From positions 5,270,001 to 5,334,000 of the forward strand of contig OZ176052.1 in NCBI GenBank assembly GCA_964247055.1: a stretch of 64,000 nucleotides of DNA, in the 5' to 3' direction. The DNA comes from Paragordius varius (Eukaryota; Animalia; Nematomorpha). Numbering within the stretch: the first letter of the stretch is position 1; every line of letters starts with the position of its first letter. This document shows, in pieces, positions 1-13,439 of the stretch. The notes under the pieces are model-generated. The model had not been told where the DNA came from. It ran no database searches and saw only the letters and a list, made by a program, of their open reading frames with translations. Made by a program: the position numbers and the translations under genes.

Positions 1-23
1 AAATTGATGAAATATTAATAATA

Positions 24-215
24 TACCATTTACAATTCAACCCTCGAACAATTTAAATTTACCCTCAAATAAATTAAATGTTTTTTAAGATAAAAAATAC
101 CTAAATTTTATATATTCAAAAAAAAATTTTGTTTTAAATTAAACCAATATTAAAAAAATAATAAACTATGCCATTTCATATTAATGAGTTATAATCATTA
201 GTTTCTCATATTGCT
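24..215. mobile_element. Truncated MITE, TACCATTT family type 1 (left end only)
   Basis: TA|TACCATTTACAATTCAACCCTCGAACAA start and following ~190 bp match the element at 11328; no right end seen. Confidence 0.6.
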
Positions 216-624
216 TGTTTAACGCTTTTAAAAAAATAGGGCTCACATCAAAATTATTTTTGTAAGATTACGTGTACATATGATATAAATACAACATGTC
301 CTGTAAACCCAATTATTTTACGATTTCCGATTTTATCAAAAGTACTAATGTTTAGGATACAGCCTGAAAGTTGCGACTTTCAAAAATAGAGATAAGTTTT
401 TTCACGAATATATAACGGTAAACAATTAAAAACTTTGATTATATTCAAATGTTTAATTATAGATTTTATCAATTTTTTTATTTAAAGCTTGTGTGCGATT
501 AAAGAGTTGCGCATTTTTTTAATAAAGAGAGTCGATTGTATCTTCGCGTATGATACAGAATTAAAATATTATAGATAATTTATTTTTTCGTATAATAATC
601 AAATATGTAACATTATTGTTATAA

Positions 625-3600
625 CTAGGTGTGCAAAGATGGCACATCAAAAATTAATTCACGTGGTGTCAAACATTTATTATATTCCACCATATTGGTG
701 GTAAAAATTGAGGTGCTAGCCTTTTCGCCCGAATCCGTTTTTTGTAACGTTTTAAATAATCCTGTGCCAATGTTAATTGGCATCCCCATAATTATGCATT
801 CACTAACACCATCAACATTATCCGTTTGTCCATGGTATGCAGCATCAAATAAATGGTCAGCAGTTTTTTCGAATGAAGCCAACATGAGAACGCTTTCCTT
901 CATCTTAGCCAATCCATCACGAGTAATACCCAAGACTTGGCCTTTGTACGTCATAAGATCGGCCAGTAACATAACGTGTCTAATGTCTAAATTCATACCA
1001 TGATTCGACATTGTATATACAATTTCATTGATGATTGTGGAACGTGCTGCTTCTATTCCCAAAGTTTTTTCAACCTCATAAATACTGTTGGATGTTGTCT
1101 TATTGGGATTAATGCCGCGCGTTGCTAAAACATCTCGAAAGTTATGACCTTCTAGTATGAGTTTATAGGAAGTTTTACCATGATTTTCATCAACATTTAT
1201 AACGGCTCTGAGGGTAGAAGGGATGCCAACAACAAGAGTTTTGGGAACTTCGTCTATTAAAAATTGAAAAGTAGAATGCATGGATAATTTGCTTTTAGCG
1301 CTGGGAATTATTTGTAATGCGAAATCGTTGATCACTTTAACATTATCTAGTTTATTTTTAATTTTAACATTGTTGAAGATTGACCTTTGAATAGTATATA
1401 CGTTCACCTCAAGCTTTAAGAGTTTTATCCGATCAAGGTTAATTTTAATGAGTATGAAACAAGACACAGGAGTGTAAACCTCCTCTATAAAATCCGTTAT
1501 TTGTCCCAAAGTTGTAGTTTCAATTCGACCTTTAACTAAACGAGCAAAATCCTGGTCTTGAACTTTATCATCTTGTAAGTGGACATTGATGATTGGTGTT
1601 GCAATATTTTTTGTGGCATTAATAATTTCTTTGATACGGGGAACACCTAAAGTAATATTCATTGAGGCAACACCAGCAAAATGAAACGTTTTTAGGGTCA
1701 TTTGAGTCCCAGGCTCACCGATACTTTGAGCAGCTAAGGCACCAACTGCAGTTCCGGGTTCGACCATAGCATGTTTATATTTATTCAAGGTTATATCAAT
1801 AAATAAATTAACGTGTTTAAGAGTCAGTTGATTTCTACGGATGCGTTTTCTAAATGGTTCGGAAACGTCTGTCTTGATTTCATTTTGATTTACATATATG
1901 AGTAGAAAATCTTTAAGTTTAGAAACAAAATTGACAGAACTCGGATATTTTATTACAAATTGATTTATTAACTCGCTATTTAATATTGTTTGCAAGTCTG
2001 ACGTGTTTAATATTGATCCCTCAACAGTTTTCTCTTCAGTTAATATTTGATTCAATATACGTTTAAAATCAAATATTTGATCTGATGCCTTATCCTCTAT
2101 AAAAAGGGGGTCCATGCGATCTCCTCCAAATTCAAATTGAATAATATCACCTGCACTATTACGTACAGTATTGTCATAGTGAACACACAAGTCTTCCATA
2201 CTTTTCACTAATCTACGTTGCATATAACCCGTTTCCGCAGTTTTTACAGCGGTATCAACTAGTCCTTCCCGGCCACCCATTGTGTGGAAAAAAAATTCAG
2301 TTGGAGTTAGTCCGGAATAAAAACTGTTTTGGACGAATCCCTTGGCTTCAGGCACACGTGAAAAACGTTCAAAATGAGGAAGCGATCTATTTTCAAATCC
2401 ATTCGGTACACGTTGGCCACTTATGGCTTGTTGGCCTACGCATGCGATCATTTGCGAAATGTTGATAAAAGAGCCCTTGGAACCACACAAAGCCATAATA
2501 AGAGGGGTGTTTGATGATGGTAACTCTTTCAAGCATGCCCTACCAGCATGTTCGCGTATAACAGAAAGTTCCTTTAATATCATGGCTTCTAGAGTTTGAT
2601 CTGGATTACATCCAGGTTGACAGACTAAAACACCCTTTTTAAGGCGATCAATAAAGTCATTACACTTTTCATAACCAATTTGTAAGAGTTTACGTTTGGC
2701 TGCAATCAATTCCGAGCCTGGGGTCACATCTCCCAGACCTATGGAGAAGCCAGCTATGTTTTTTAGATAATTGGTACTAATTTTACAAACTCGTGCCATG
2801 ATATTTATAGCTTCGCCAGAGCCATACCATTTTATCACGTTGTAGAAAATGCATTCATGTTTTGAACCGGATCCTAAATGGGTTTTATCCAAAGTGCCAC
2901 ACATTAATTCACTGTTACGGATTACAATAAATGAATCGTTAATGCATAAATCCTCATTTTGACTATAATTTTTTCCTTTAACCCGAAGATTAATTTTTAT
3001 TTTACTAGCGTGCATATGAGGCCGAATTAGAGTATTAAATATCTGCTTACCTGACCAGAGAGATTTGGGTTTAAATATGGCAGGAGGTGGTAATTTAATT
3101 TGGATTTTGGTATCAGCACCAACCAAAAATGATGAAATGAGTTGAGTACATTGATATCGTGTTAAAAATACATTTTTACGTGTTAATAAATAACTCCCTG
3201 TCAAGAAATCTTGGGTAGCCGCGATCACGAGTTCTCCATTTCTCGGAGTGATGAGATTATGTTGAACGCTCATTAAAATGGCAGCTTCAGCTTTAGCTTC
3301 TAAAGTTTGAGGCAAGTGCAAATTCATTTCATCTCCATCAAAATCGGCATTGTAGGGTCCACAACAACATTCATTAAACCGAAAGGTATGGACTGTAGGA
3401 TTAATCTTAGCAAAGTGAGCCATAATACTTAATTTATGCAAGGACGGTTGACGATTAAACAGCACCACATCATTATTAAGTAAATGTCGTTCCACTATGT
3501 CCCCATATTTGAGTTCTGAGGCTACGCGTTTGCGATCACTATATTTTAAGAATTTTTTTAATCGAGTGGTAGAATCTTCAACAAAATTTGCACCTGGCCA

Positions 3601-4830
3601 TGTTTCTGATCCATTTATAACCAAGCATTTCATTAAATCAATATTGCTCTGACAAACCCTTTCAGGAAACGTTAAAATTTTGGCAACGTGTTCAGGAACA
3701 GCAACTTGATTAATGGCTAAATTTGGGTCGGGGGATATCACAGTTCTGGCGGAAAAATCAACTCTTTTTCCGGAAAGATTGCCTCGAAAGCGACCTTGTT
3801 TACCTTTAAGACGTTGTATAATACCTCGTGCTGGTTTTTTAGGTTGAAGACTCAAAGGTATACCAGACGTTTCGCTATTGATATAAAGCGCACATTGTAG
3901 TTGTAAATAATCCCAATCTTCCATAATCATGTGCATTTTGGCATTCGTTATTTTATGCTTTCTAATAACTTCGTTCAAAAAAATTATTTCTGTCAATTTT
4001 ATAGTTACATCATCTTCATTCGTACCGGTTTTCATGTCTGATCCAACACTAGGACGAATACAACAAGGTGGTACAGGTATTTTAGTGAGCAGCAAGTTTT
4101 GTGGTAAGGTTGCTTTATGATTCATGACCAGAAATAAAAGTTCGTTCATTGGAATATTTTTGAATAATTCCAATACAATGATTGGATTCATTATTTGAAT
4201 TGGTTTAAAGAATTGTGTTAATTCTTTATTTGATAGAAAAGCATTATGTCTTAATATTTTTTCAATCTGTATTTTTGAATTCTTCGCACTATATTTAAAT
4301 GGTTCATGGACAAGTTTTAATAATCCACATCGTTTAACCTGGCCATTTGGAGCGCCACAATTATTGCAAATCGTAACTTTTTTACAAAGTTCATTTATTT
4401 TTTTCCGCATCGCCTTTTTTTGTAAGTAACCAATGCTTGGATTTTTTAAAATTTTGGAATAATATAATCTTTTTTCATCGGGTAATAATATACGGGAACA
4501 TGTTTTGCATATATTTTGCAAAATCGTAGTAATTAAACGAAAATAACCAATATGAAAAACAGGTAATTCAAGATCAATAAAACCAATATGACCGACACAA
4601 TCAATAAGTCCCTTTCCGCAAGAACTACATTTTACTTCTTTCAAACTAATTCCCATGCGAGTATCAAGGACCCCATCTTTAAAAGGTTTTCGGGAAGACG
4701 GTTCATATAATATTTTTGTAAAAACTTCAGTTTGTGCTTCACATATTATATTTTGGGATGATTCCGCACCGAATGTTATATTTTTGATTTTTAAAGCCGC
4801 AGAACAATCACGGTACTGATCTTTAACCAT
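625..4830 (-). CDS. POLR3A: DNA-directed RNA polymerase III largest subunit (RPC1), single exon, ~1401 aa
   Basis: Long ORF with the catalytic motif [14 protein letters not shown]-terminal Zn sites (CSSC..DCVGH, CKTC, CNNC), [23 protein letters not shown], bridge helix [13 protein letters not shown] and [18 protein letters not shown]. The MVKDQYRD start at 4830 matches the RPC1-type N-terminus (MVKEQFRE) and the end PRELIFD matches RPC1 PLIFD. The ORF track's TTG start at 4869 is probably a 13-codon over-extension. Confidence 0.96.
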   Translation of the reverse strand: MVKDQYRDCSAALKIKNITFGAESSQNIICEAQTEVFTKILYEPSSRKPFKDGVLDTRMGISLKEVKCSSCGKGLIDCVGHIGFIDLELPVFHIGYFRLITTILQNICKTCSRILLPDEKRLYYSKILKNPSIGYLQKKAMRKKINELCKKVTICNNCGAPNGQVKRCGLLKLVHEPFKYSAKNSKIQIEKILRHNAFLSNKELTQFFKPIQIMNPIIVLELFKNIPMNELLFLVMNHKATLPQNLLLTKIPVPPCCIRPSVGSDMKTGTNEDDVTIKLTEIIFLNEVIRKHKITNAKMHMIMEDWDYLQLQCALYINSETSGIPLSLQPKKPARGIIQRLKGKQGRFRGNLSGKRVDFSARTVISPDPNLAINQVAVPEHVAKILTFPERVCQSNIDLMKCLVINGSETWPGANFVEDSTTRLKKFLKYSDRKRVASELKYGDIVERHLLNNDVVLFNRQPSLHKLSIMAHFAKINPTVHTFRFNECCCGPYNADFDGDEMNLHLPQTLEAKAEAAILMSVQHNLITPRNGELVIAATQDFLTGSYLLTRKNVFLTRYQCTQLISSFLVGADTKIQIKLPPPAIFKPKSLWSGKQIFNTLIRPHMHASKIKINLRVKGKNYSQNEDLCINDSFIVIRNSELMCGTLDKTHLGSGSKHECIFYNVIKWYGSGEAINIMARVCKISTNYLKNIAGFSIGLGDVTPGSELIAAKRKLLQIGYEKCNDFIDRLKKGVLVCQPGCNPDQTLEAMILKELSVIREHAGRACLKELPSSNTPLIMALCGSKGSFINISQMIACVGQQAISGQRVPNGFENRSLPHFERFSRVPEAKGFVQNSFYSGLTPTEFFFHTMGGREGLVDTAVKTAETGYMQRRLVKSMEDLCVHYDNTVRNSAGDIIQFEFGGDRMDPLFIEDKASDQIFDFKRILNQILTEEKTVEGSILNTSDLQTILNSELINQFVIKYPSSVNFVSKLKDFLLIYVNQNEIKTDVSEPFRKRIRRNQLTLKHVNLFIDITLNKYKHAMVEPGTAVGALAAQSIGEPGTQMTLKTFHFAGVASMNITLGVPRIKEIINATKNIATPIINVHLQDDKVQDQDFARLVKGRIETTTLGQITDFIEEVYTPVSCFILIKINLDRIKLLKLEVNVYTIQRSIFNNVKIKNKLDNVKVINDFALQIIPSAKSKLSMHSTFQFLIDEVPKTLVVGIPSTLRAVINVDENHGKTSYKLILEGHNFRDVLATRGINPNKTTSNSIYEVEKTLGIEAARSTIINEIVYTMSNHGMNLDIRHVMLLADLMTYKGQVLGITRDGLAKMKESVLMLASFEKTADHLFDAAYHGQTDNVDGVSECIIMGMPINIGTGLFKTLQKTDSGEKASTSIFTTNMVEYNKCLTPRELIFDVPSLHT

Positions 4831-5102
4831 GTGGAACCAAACATAAATATGTATATATCGCATGTCCAATATTTACCTACGACACACTTAGGTAAAATAG
4901 GTTGCTTTTGAAATTTATATACACTGAGCTTTTTTAATTATTAAATCTTTTTCATAAGTTAAATTTTTTTTAAATAAGACAGGCATAAAAAAATATGATA
5001 GAATTATTTGCATACATTGCTTTTTTGCTTGCCTGAAACTCTAACTCTCATAGCACAGTGTACAATTTGGGGGTCATGAGGAAATACATTGATAAAATAT
5101 TT

Positions 5103-6124
5103 AATTTTCGAAAAATATATTGGGATTGTCATGGTTCTTTTGGTTTTGGCTCTAAAGAGTATTATAAGAAAGTTAAATACACTTTGATGTATGTGCTCCA
5201 TAACAGAAAATGGCAAAGTTTTACCACGTTTTTGTAACTAAAATATAACATAATAAAAAGTAAAACAATATTTTTATAATTTTAATTTTTAGATGTGGGT
5301 TCCGAAAGTCTAAAATTATTTTGCTCTTCTAAAATGGGCTAGTTCTTTTAAGAAAAACGCAATAATGGCGAAATTGCGCAATGAAAATTTAAATATATGC
5401 TAAATTTTGACATCCATTTTTTTTTAAAAATGCATACTTATAAACAAATTCAATTTTTAGCAGATTTTGCCGAAGCGTGTCTCATACTATTTTGAAGCAG
5501 GATAAAAACGGTCTATAAACGCTTTTAGAAATTATTATATAAAAACTTTATCTATGTATTGGTGAAAGATTCGTTTGCTTTAAAAATTTTGTATTTTTGT
5601 GAAAATACACAATTTATATTTAGCATAAACTTAACGACCAAATATTTTGATCGAAATTTTCAGGAAATGTTCAGCATCATCGAATTAGAGAGAAAAAGTG
5701 TGTTATACAGCGTTCTTAAACCGTTTGCATCAATATTTAAAAAAGTATGATTTATGCTTCAACAAAATTTTATTACAAATTAAATTTTTAAAAAAGTATG
5801 CTTTTTTAATAATTTTTTTTATTATAAAAATTTAGAAAATATAATAAATTTTTATCTCGCAATCACGTAACTTTTGTGTTTTTTAAAAAAGACCCATTTC
5901 AGATGAGCATTTAGCCCTTTGCTTATAGGTATTTTATGATATATTTTATTTGTGTTTTTGGAATAAAGCATTTAGCTTTCATAAAAAAATTTTATTATAA
6001 AAAAATCTGCTCAAATCTTACCAGTTTCTGATATGGTGTCTTACCACAAATGTTTTCTTATATCACTAGTGAGGAATCAATGGTATCATGATAATCCTGA
6101 TACATTTTGCTATAAGAATATATA
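5103..6124. mobile_element. Fold-back/long-TIR MITE, copy 1
   Basis: Left end (GGGATTGTCATGGTTCTTTTGGTTTTGGCTC) is the inverted match of the right end (GGTATCATGATAATCCTGATACATTTT..TATA). The internal sequence is shared with copies at ~35375, ~48876 and ~58981. Boundaries approximate. Confidence 0.65.
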
Positions 6125-7859
6125 AATTTCAACAGGGAAATTTTTGTGGAAGCTGTGTAAAGGTATAAAATTTTGTATTAGATGTGATTTTAAAATAACT
6201 TGAATTTTAGCGTTAAACTCTTTAATAACTGATTCATTTCAGTCCTCGGATTAAAATTTGGGTTTATGCCAACTACAAGACCTTAAATTAGATATTTTTA
6301 AATATAGGGAACAAACCATTGCTTTTTCACTTATTTAAAAAACCCTTTTTCTGTTATCAATGTAAAATGTTATTTATCACTTCATTACAATTTAATTTCT
6401 TTTAGCTATGACATTTTGCAATAGTCCAGAACTTAATCTTGTAAATTGAGTTCTATTTTAGAGTTGTTTCGGTATTTAATTATCAAACATTGATATCGTG
6501 TATATTAGCTAAAAAAGATAATTTTTACATTGTTAACTTCTAGAGTTTGAAACTGGGACAGCCCAAGACATGACTTGAACAGTTAATTTTACACTCAATA
6601 TATATTAATTGTTTGCTGGTAAAATATAGGCTGAAAACTTTTAGTAAATTATTTACACTTTCTAACCATTATATGCATTAAATCACCTGTTGTATCATGA
6701 TTTAAAAGTTTGAGATGAGGATTTTTTTACAATATTACATTTTTTTAAAAAAAAATTTGAAGCATGCGCCTTAAAAAGGTAAAGAAAGCATATATTTAAT
6801 TTTGCCCTATCTTAAATACTTTTTTTAGATACTAAAATTTTAATTCGGGTATATAAACTGCCAAAGGTAATGAAGTGTTAAAAAAATTAATTTAATTTTA
6901 ACCTTAAATTCATATAAGGATATTTTGCAAAAATGTAAAAAATAAATGGCGCTGAAGTAGTTTTATATAAAACTTTTTTTCAAAATATATTTATTTAAAT
7001 ATTTTATTTTTATAATTCATTAGTATAGAAGCCAAAGGCGTAGTTTGCATTTCTGGGTCCGGTGTCCGTAATGGCATCCCCTTGCCCATTATGCAACCCC
7101 TTGCATTTTAAAAAAATGGTTATATTCAAACCCGGGACGAAATGTAACTCCCCATAAAAAGAAACACGTAAAACATCTCAGCCCCGTTCCATTGAAAACG
7201 ACGGCTTGCTTAGCAAATGTATCAGTAATTTAAAAATAATGATGGAATATAAATACATTTGATAATAAAATATATAAAAGCCGAAATCGCCACATCTTTC
7301 AAACCGCCTACATTCTATTATTATACCATTCGTCAAAAATGATCAGAAAGTATCGTAAACAATCAGTTTTTTTATTAATAATAATTAGAAAATCGAGTAA
7401 TTAGTGATTGCATATAGGGAATAAAAATAAATAAATGTTAAAAAAGATTAAAAGGGTAATCGATAACAACAATCTTTTTATTTAATGGTAAAAAAGTCCC
7501 ACAATATCATTATCAGGTATAATACCACAATCTAATTTGAAAGTTTTAGTTCGCAAATATATTGCTATTAATGCGTCATATAACTAGACACAAAATTTCC
7601 ATTTGTCATAACTAACAGTAATAATAACTAAATATTATCAATATCTATGCACTATATCCAATTTTAAATGGCTTATGAAATATATGGAGGAGAGGCATAC
7701 TCTTACAAAACACTTCCGATGTATTGTATATCAAAATGCAGGGATAGAAAAAACAAAACTAAATATTAAAAAACAAATAAATGGACTTGGATTAATTTTA
7801 TTCAGATATCATTAGAAGCATGAATTTAAATTGAAACAGTTCCTTTCAGTAGTTTTAAT

Positions 7860-8260
7860 ATTAATTTATATATGGTATATGGTCATTACCCAAATTTGAA
7901 TCGAGTAAAGCCAAAATATCTAAAAATAGTTTTGAGAAAAAAGTTCCACATCAATTACTCCGACGCCATTTTTATTTTAATACATTTTAGCAAAAATTGT
8001 GCTAGATTCCTACCGTTAAAGTTTTAGCCATTTCTTTATAATAATGTGAGAAATGGTTACAAGCCTCAATTAATGCACATTTTTTTTAGGTTTTTTGATA
8101 TATTAAAAATATCAAGTCATTTTGGATGGGTATTTTTTTATTTTGATACAATGTTATATAGGTCATAACTTTTGAAACAGTTTCACTACCTTCCATATGG
8201 CCTTTGGTTTCCAACTACCCCAATTTGATCGAATGGTAGCAGACATAATTTGCATTCAAG
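7860..8260 (-). mobile_element. Partial copy of the TTAA/CACTTGG (piggyBac-like) MITE
   Basis: AAAAAGTTCCACATCAATTACTCCGACGCCATTTT is the reverse-complement match of 39980-40030; also carries the CCCAATTTGAATCG motif of the family. Confidence 0.5.
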
Positions 8261-9190
8261 TTTTAATAGCGTTAAGACATTTCATCACAAAAATTTCCGC
8301 GTGATTTATTATTAAAAATTTTAATTTTTATGTGAGTTTATAGATTTCAAATATGAATTAAAATTTAATCTATGATATTGGGCCAACTATAAAAAATACT
8401 ATTCTATTGCCAGCCAAATGGCTAAAATGACAAGGTTTATACCAACAAAAATTTTATAATCATCGATTTAAAATGCACAACTTTTTGTTTGATTGCTTTG
8501 GATGATAATTATATACGCAGGCCAAAAATTCATATTTTTTTAAAAAAGGAGTAGCAGTAAAGGATTTTTTGAAATATTTAGCTCTACAGTATCAGAATGT
8601 TAATATAGTGATCTGATGATGTGTAAGGAAAATAAATTTGTTTTCGATTAAAAATGTTTTTGGTGATGGTACATACCATAATTTTGGAATAAATAAGCGG
8701 ATAAATTTTTTTATGTGTGTCTGGATTATTTGTGCTTAAAAACTTTACTAAGATAGTGATATATCACAAAATTTCTAATCAATAATGTTTTAGATACCAT
8801 GGTTATTAAATATATATTAAGTTCTAAAATACATGGTTTGTTTGTAATATGCATTGCTTTCGAGGTGAATTATTACACACAAGGCAAGACACTAAAATAA
8901 AAATATTTTATTTTCTTACTTTGACCATCGTTTTATGTGTCAAAATTATTAAAATATATTGTTTAAAGGTAACACGATCTACTCAAATATTAGATTATTT
9001 TAACGCGAAATAGTTTGATATGAAACATTTTTTAAAACTAAAAAAATTTAGTAATCCGTAGCCTGATAATATAACTTTCATACATGTACTTTCCATCAAT
9101 TTTTGCTCAAATATGGAATGAAATAGCCTCTTTATCTTAAATAGAAGTGTTAAGCATAACCAATAAATTAAATAACATATATTTATTTAT

Positions 9191-12100
9191 TCACGATTTC
9201 ACACCTTTAACTAGGGCTTGCAAAAATAGCACAAGAAGCTTCACATCATGAATTTGTTTGTAATCTTTGAGAAGGTTGGCTGAGTCATTAATGTATATGG
9301 TATTTACAAAATTATTTTCTTGAGGACAGGCTGAACGGTCAGGGTTTGAAATGATAAACTTGAAAATTAATAGGTTTGAGTTATCTGTGTATAATATCAA
9401 AAAACGCATTTAAAAAATCTTATATAAAACAAGGATTTATTTATTTAAAAAATGTATAATTTCCTTTTCAAATTTATTTTACCTGGTCGTTGAATAGGCG
9501 GTAAACAATCTTTCACTTTGGATATAAGTAAAAATAGTTCTTTAATGTTTCCCCCTTTTACAACCATTTCTGTTGCATAATGTTTTAAACGACAAAACCT
9601 TCGGAACCCGAGTTTGGTTAAATCAACATTATCTGGGTCTTTTTTATGCCTTAAAAGCTGAGACTTTGTTTCATCCAACCACACTGCATTTTCGCGATCC
9701 ATGAATTCTGATACTTTTAGCCATTTGTCGAATTTTACCAATGACTTACAATGACCAAAACACATAAGCTTTTGATATCATAAATTTATCAGGGATTAAA
9801 AACCTTTAATCAAGCATTTAAATATTAGAATTTAACACAAAAAAGGCCATATATATTGTATAAATATACAGTTATGTATACTTTATTTTATCAAATTTAC
9901 TTTTTTTCGTTAAATGGGTATAAATATTTAGCAAAGAATGGAAAAACAAGAGCTCTATCGTATTAACCCATCAAAAAAGCAAAAGTGTGGGGAAAGGCGT
10001 CGGAAATCATTGGTAAAAAATGAAAATTTTAAAATATTGTTAAAGAGGAATGGTAATATTTTTGTTAATTTTTTAGCAAAATTTAATTACTATTTTTTTC
10101 AAATTTTTTTTTATTTTAAACAAAACTAGTAAACCACGTAAATATTAATTTTTATATATAGGTAAAAAAATATTTATTATAATTATTTGATAATGAATAA
10201 AACAAACAAACATTATAACGGACTAAATATAAGGATGTAATCAATTGTGTATATACATATATAAGGGAAAACATAGGAAATGAATTTGTGCGATCAAAGA
10301 AAAACGAAATGGTCTCTGATTACAATAAATGATGGTTAAATTTCATTCTCTAACCTTAGTATTTTTAAAGCAACATCAATTAAAACTCTTTTTAAAAAAT
10401 CATATTAATTTTAAGGGAAGCCTCTATCGTGAATATCCCTTTTAAAATCGTTCCCATATCAAAACAAAAAAAATATAATTGAGATAAAAATTACGATTTT
10501 TCCAACTTATACAATTATTTTAAGTCAAGGGCTAGTTGTTAGTAGGGTTGTGCTGACCAAGTCATGACCCGGTCAATTGACCGGGTCATGATCAGATCAG
10601 TGACTATTTATTTTTTGACCATGGTCATTTAAAAAACAGCTGTTTTTTTGAAAAATTGCTGGTAATTTTTTTGGAAGAGAAATAGTAAGATTTTATCGTT
10701 TTTTAATATATTTTTTAAAAAAATAAAAATTATATGCTAATTTAACAATATAAATTTTTAAACATGAATCGAAGTAACATTAGCATTTAAGCATATCAAA
10801 TTATTTCGAAAAACAAAACAATCAACTTTGCAAAATATGCAATTATTCCATATAAGTGAACCAATAAAATGAAAAAACATTCCATAATTGGATATTACAA
10901 TGATGAAAGAAAGTGTAAAACAAACTAGATAAAATTTTATTTGAAATATCCAGTATTAAGAGCATTTGTAGAGGTTACAAACATGTGGGAAAATTTATTT
11001 CAAAGCAAAATTCTTGATTAAATTTGATTGAAAATATAAAAAAATGTATAATAAAAACTTTTAAGAAAAAACATGACATTAGTAGTGAAACGCAAGTGAC
11101 GTACGAACATTATTTTCACAATCCAATATCGCATAATATTTACTTAAGTAAAAAGTGGTCATGACCGTGGTCATGACCATGGTCTGACCGGGTCTGACCG
11201 GACTTTTTTGAAAAAGCAGTCAAATGCACAACCTTAGTTGTTAGTGTATTTTATTTTTAAGCAAAGATTTCCGACGCCCTTCCCACACACTTCTTTTACT
11301 TTTTTGATGATTATGATATGGTTAATATACCATTTACAGTTCAAATTCACCCTTAAACAATTCAAAACCCTTGAACACTTCAAATTCACCCTTGAACAAA
11401 TCAAATTCACCTTCGAATTCAAATTCACCCTAAAATAAATTATGTGTTTTTTTAAGATTATATATTACCTATATTTTTTATATTTATAAAAAAAAGAAAT
11501 TTTGTATGTAATCAAAATAATACTGAAAAAATAATAAACTTTGCCATAAAAATATATTTAATTTTAATATGGAGTTATATTAGACCGAAGTTTCATAATT
11601 TATTTTTAGGGTGAATTTGAATTGTTCGAGGGTGAATTTGAATTGTTCAAGGGTGAATTTGAATCGTTCTAGGGTGAATTTGAATTGTTTAAGGGTGAAT
11701 TTGAACTGTAAATGGTATACCATAGAGCTCTTGTTTTTCCATTCTTTACCAAATATTTATACCCATTTAGAAAAAAAGCAAATTTATAAAATAAAGTATA
11801 AATGACTGTAAACTAATACTCTCAAATAGTTAATTTTTTAAGCACTAGCTTTTAACTATTAAAGTTCGTATTTTCTGGCTTTAACCCATTTATTTGGATT
11901 AAAAAAGGTTAGATTTTTGTCAAAAAATTACAAAGTATTTAAAGAAGTATTTTTTACAAATATATCTAAGAACCTTCATAACTTCAAAGCTATTTTCAAT
12001 CTCAATTTCACTCATCGTATCAGCATTAAGTCCAATATGAATTGTATCAGCAGGGTGGGCATATTCCATGTATTTATTATACTTTTCAAGGTGTGGATAA

Positions 12101-12479
12101 TCTACACGATATTATTATTTAATTTAAGTTATAGACTTATAAATTTAATAATATGTTAGTTTCACTAATTATATTATTCGTCATCGTTTAAAATAATGCA
12201 TTTATTGTGACTGCCGCTTAAATTAACCGGCAAAAACATGTGTCTTTAAATTTACATTAAATAATATAGCATCCTTAAATTTAATAGAAACTTGTGAAAT
12301 TTTAAATCTGTCAAATTGCTTTAATTATAATCAAATTACTGATATATATAAAATCGATTTCAATGGTTAACGTAATTTGTAGTAACAACATACATTTTAC
12401 GCTTGTAGTATTGATGACTGCTTATGACAATTAGTACATTCATTAGCAGTCAGGCTGGTTAACCGTTGAAAAACCCAAC
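9191..12479 (-). CDS. Hypothetical multi-exon protein (unidentified; 5' end uncertain, may extend to ~12.6-13.2 kb)
   Basis: GT-AG exons that join in phase without stops: 12479-12401 (its acceptor is ambiguous), 12307-12228, 12101-11974, 9768-9483 and 9384-9191 (TGA). Product: ...ECTNCHKQSSILQA-FKISQVSIKFKDAILFNVNLKTHVFAD-YPHLEKYNKYMEYAHPADTIHIGLNADTMSEIEIENSFEVMK-LMCFGHCKSLVKFDKW...CLPPIQRPD-NSNLLIFKF...LVKGVKS*. No family recognised. Confidence 0.55.
10543..11236. mobile_element. hAT-type MITE (TAGGGTTGTGC TIR), copy 1
   Basis: Ends TAGGGTTGTGC / GCACAACCTTA; perfect 8-bp TSD GTTGTTAG at 10535-10542 and 11237-11244; subterminal GGTCATGACC palindromes; homologous to 41766-42444. Confidence 0.88.
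11328..11717. mobile_element. MITE, TACCATTT family type 1, with 21-bp subterminal repeats
   Basis: TA|TACCATTTACAG...CTGTAAATGGTA|TA; inverted arrays of the 21-mer TTCAAATTCACCCTTGAACAA at both ends. Confidence 0.82.
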
Positions 12480-13439
12480 CTTAAAGATATCACATAAGGA
12501 TGAGTAAAGGCAAATGCTGTCTCTTAAAATATAATTAGGCACAGTTAACATCATTATTCATGGATGCGAGAACAATATTTTTATAGTATAAGGTCCAAGT
12601 AAAGTCTTTAATTTTAATTTCATCTCACACAATATTATTTGGAAACTTATAGAAAGGGATTAATATGTTCTGTTAGAAGATGCAAAAGATTAAGAAATGA
12701 GAAAAGGAGCTACATGCCACGCAAAAGCCTTTTTTAGGCTACCTTAAATGATATGGTGCAGTTTAAACCTAATACCGAAAATTCTTAAAATAAAAATTTT
12801 TAACCTTTTAACCCTACTAAATATAAAACATTATCAGAAGTGAGACATCCTTAAAATTATCTTGGATACTTCATTGCTAATCATTTAGTAATACGGCAAC
12901 ATAGATAATGGTATTACGGAGGGCTTTGCACTGAGATGGTTTAAAATAGGTGGGAAGCAAAGAAATTAGTATAACAACAATGCGACTAAATAGTGAAATG
13001 TAATTTTAGTAAATCGGGCTGTTATCCAAGTATAGGACATTTTACAAATATAAAATAATTTATACTTTCATATTTAGAATTGATCCAGGCAAAAAGATTG
13101 TAGACAATGAGAGGATAAAATAAGTTTTCCATATTAAAAATCGACTTTTGGGTGAGAAAATGTTAAATAATCTTGATAAAATATGGATGCTATTTATCTG
13201 AATATATATCGAGATTAAGACGGATGTTATATTATGAAAAGAAGTTGGCAACTATAAGCTTCGCATAAAAAGATTTGTTTTTACTATATTGTTCAAAAAG
13301 AAACCGGATTTAAAACTAAAAAATTAATACAATTTAAAAGTATGAACAGCCTATTTAAAACAAGCTCTATCATACAATACCGGTTTTTTGGTAAAACAAC
13401 AAGTAGGTAAGCCAATTATTTATTTTTATAGTTTTCATC

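Noticed and set aside
629-4120. Plus-strand ORFs 629-1003, 2280-2465 and 3929-4120
   Set aside because: Antisense shadows of the RPC1 coding sequence with no independent motifs.
7021-7310. GC-richer patch, considered as tRNA/snRNA
   Set aside because: No cloverleaf, A/B boxes or Sm/U1 motif found; more likely an eroded hAT-type MITE end with no TSD.
7667-7770. Short ORF MAYEIYGGEAYSYKTLPMY..
   Set aside because: Only ~33 codons with no supported downstream exon; at most a faint mariner HTH resemblance.
8611-8650. CTGATGA followed by GGAAAA, considered as a hammerhead core
   Set aside because: No pairing stems flank the core.
12700-13251. Additional upstream exons, including an F-box-like PLSMLPNEVSKIIL that needs an 18-nt intron
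   Set aside because: Several incompatible splice solutions exist, and one cannot be chosen without RNA data.
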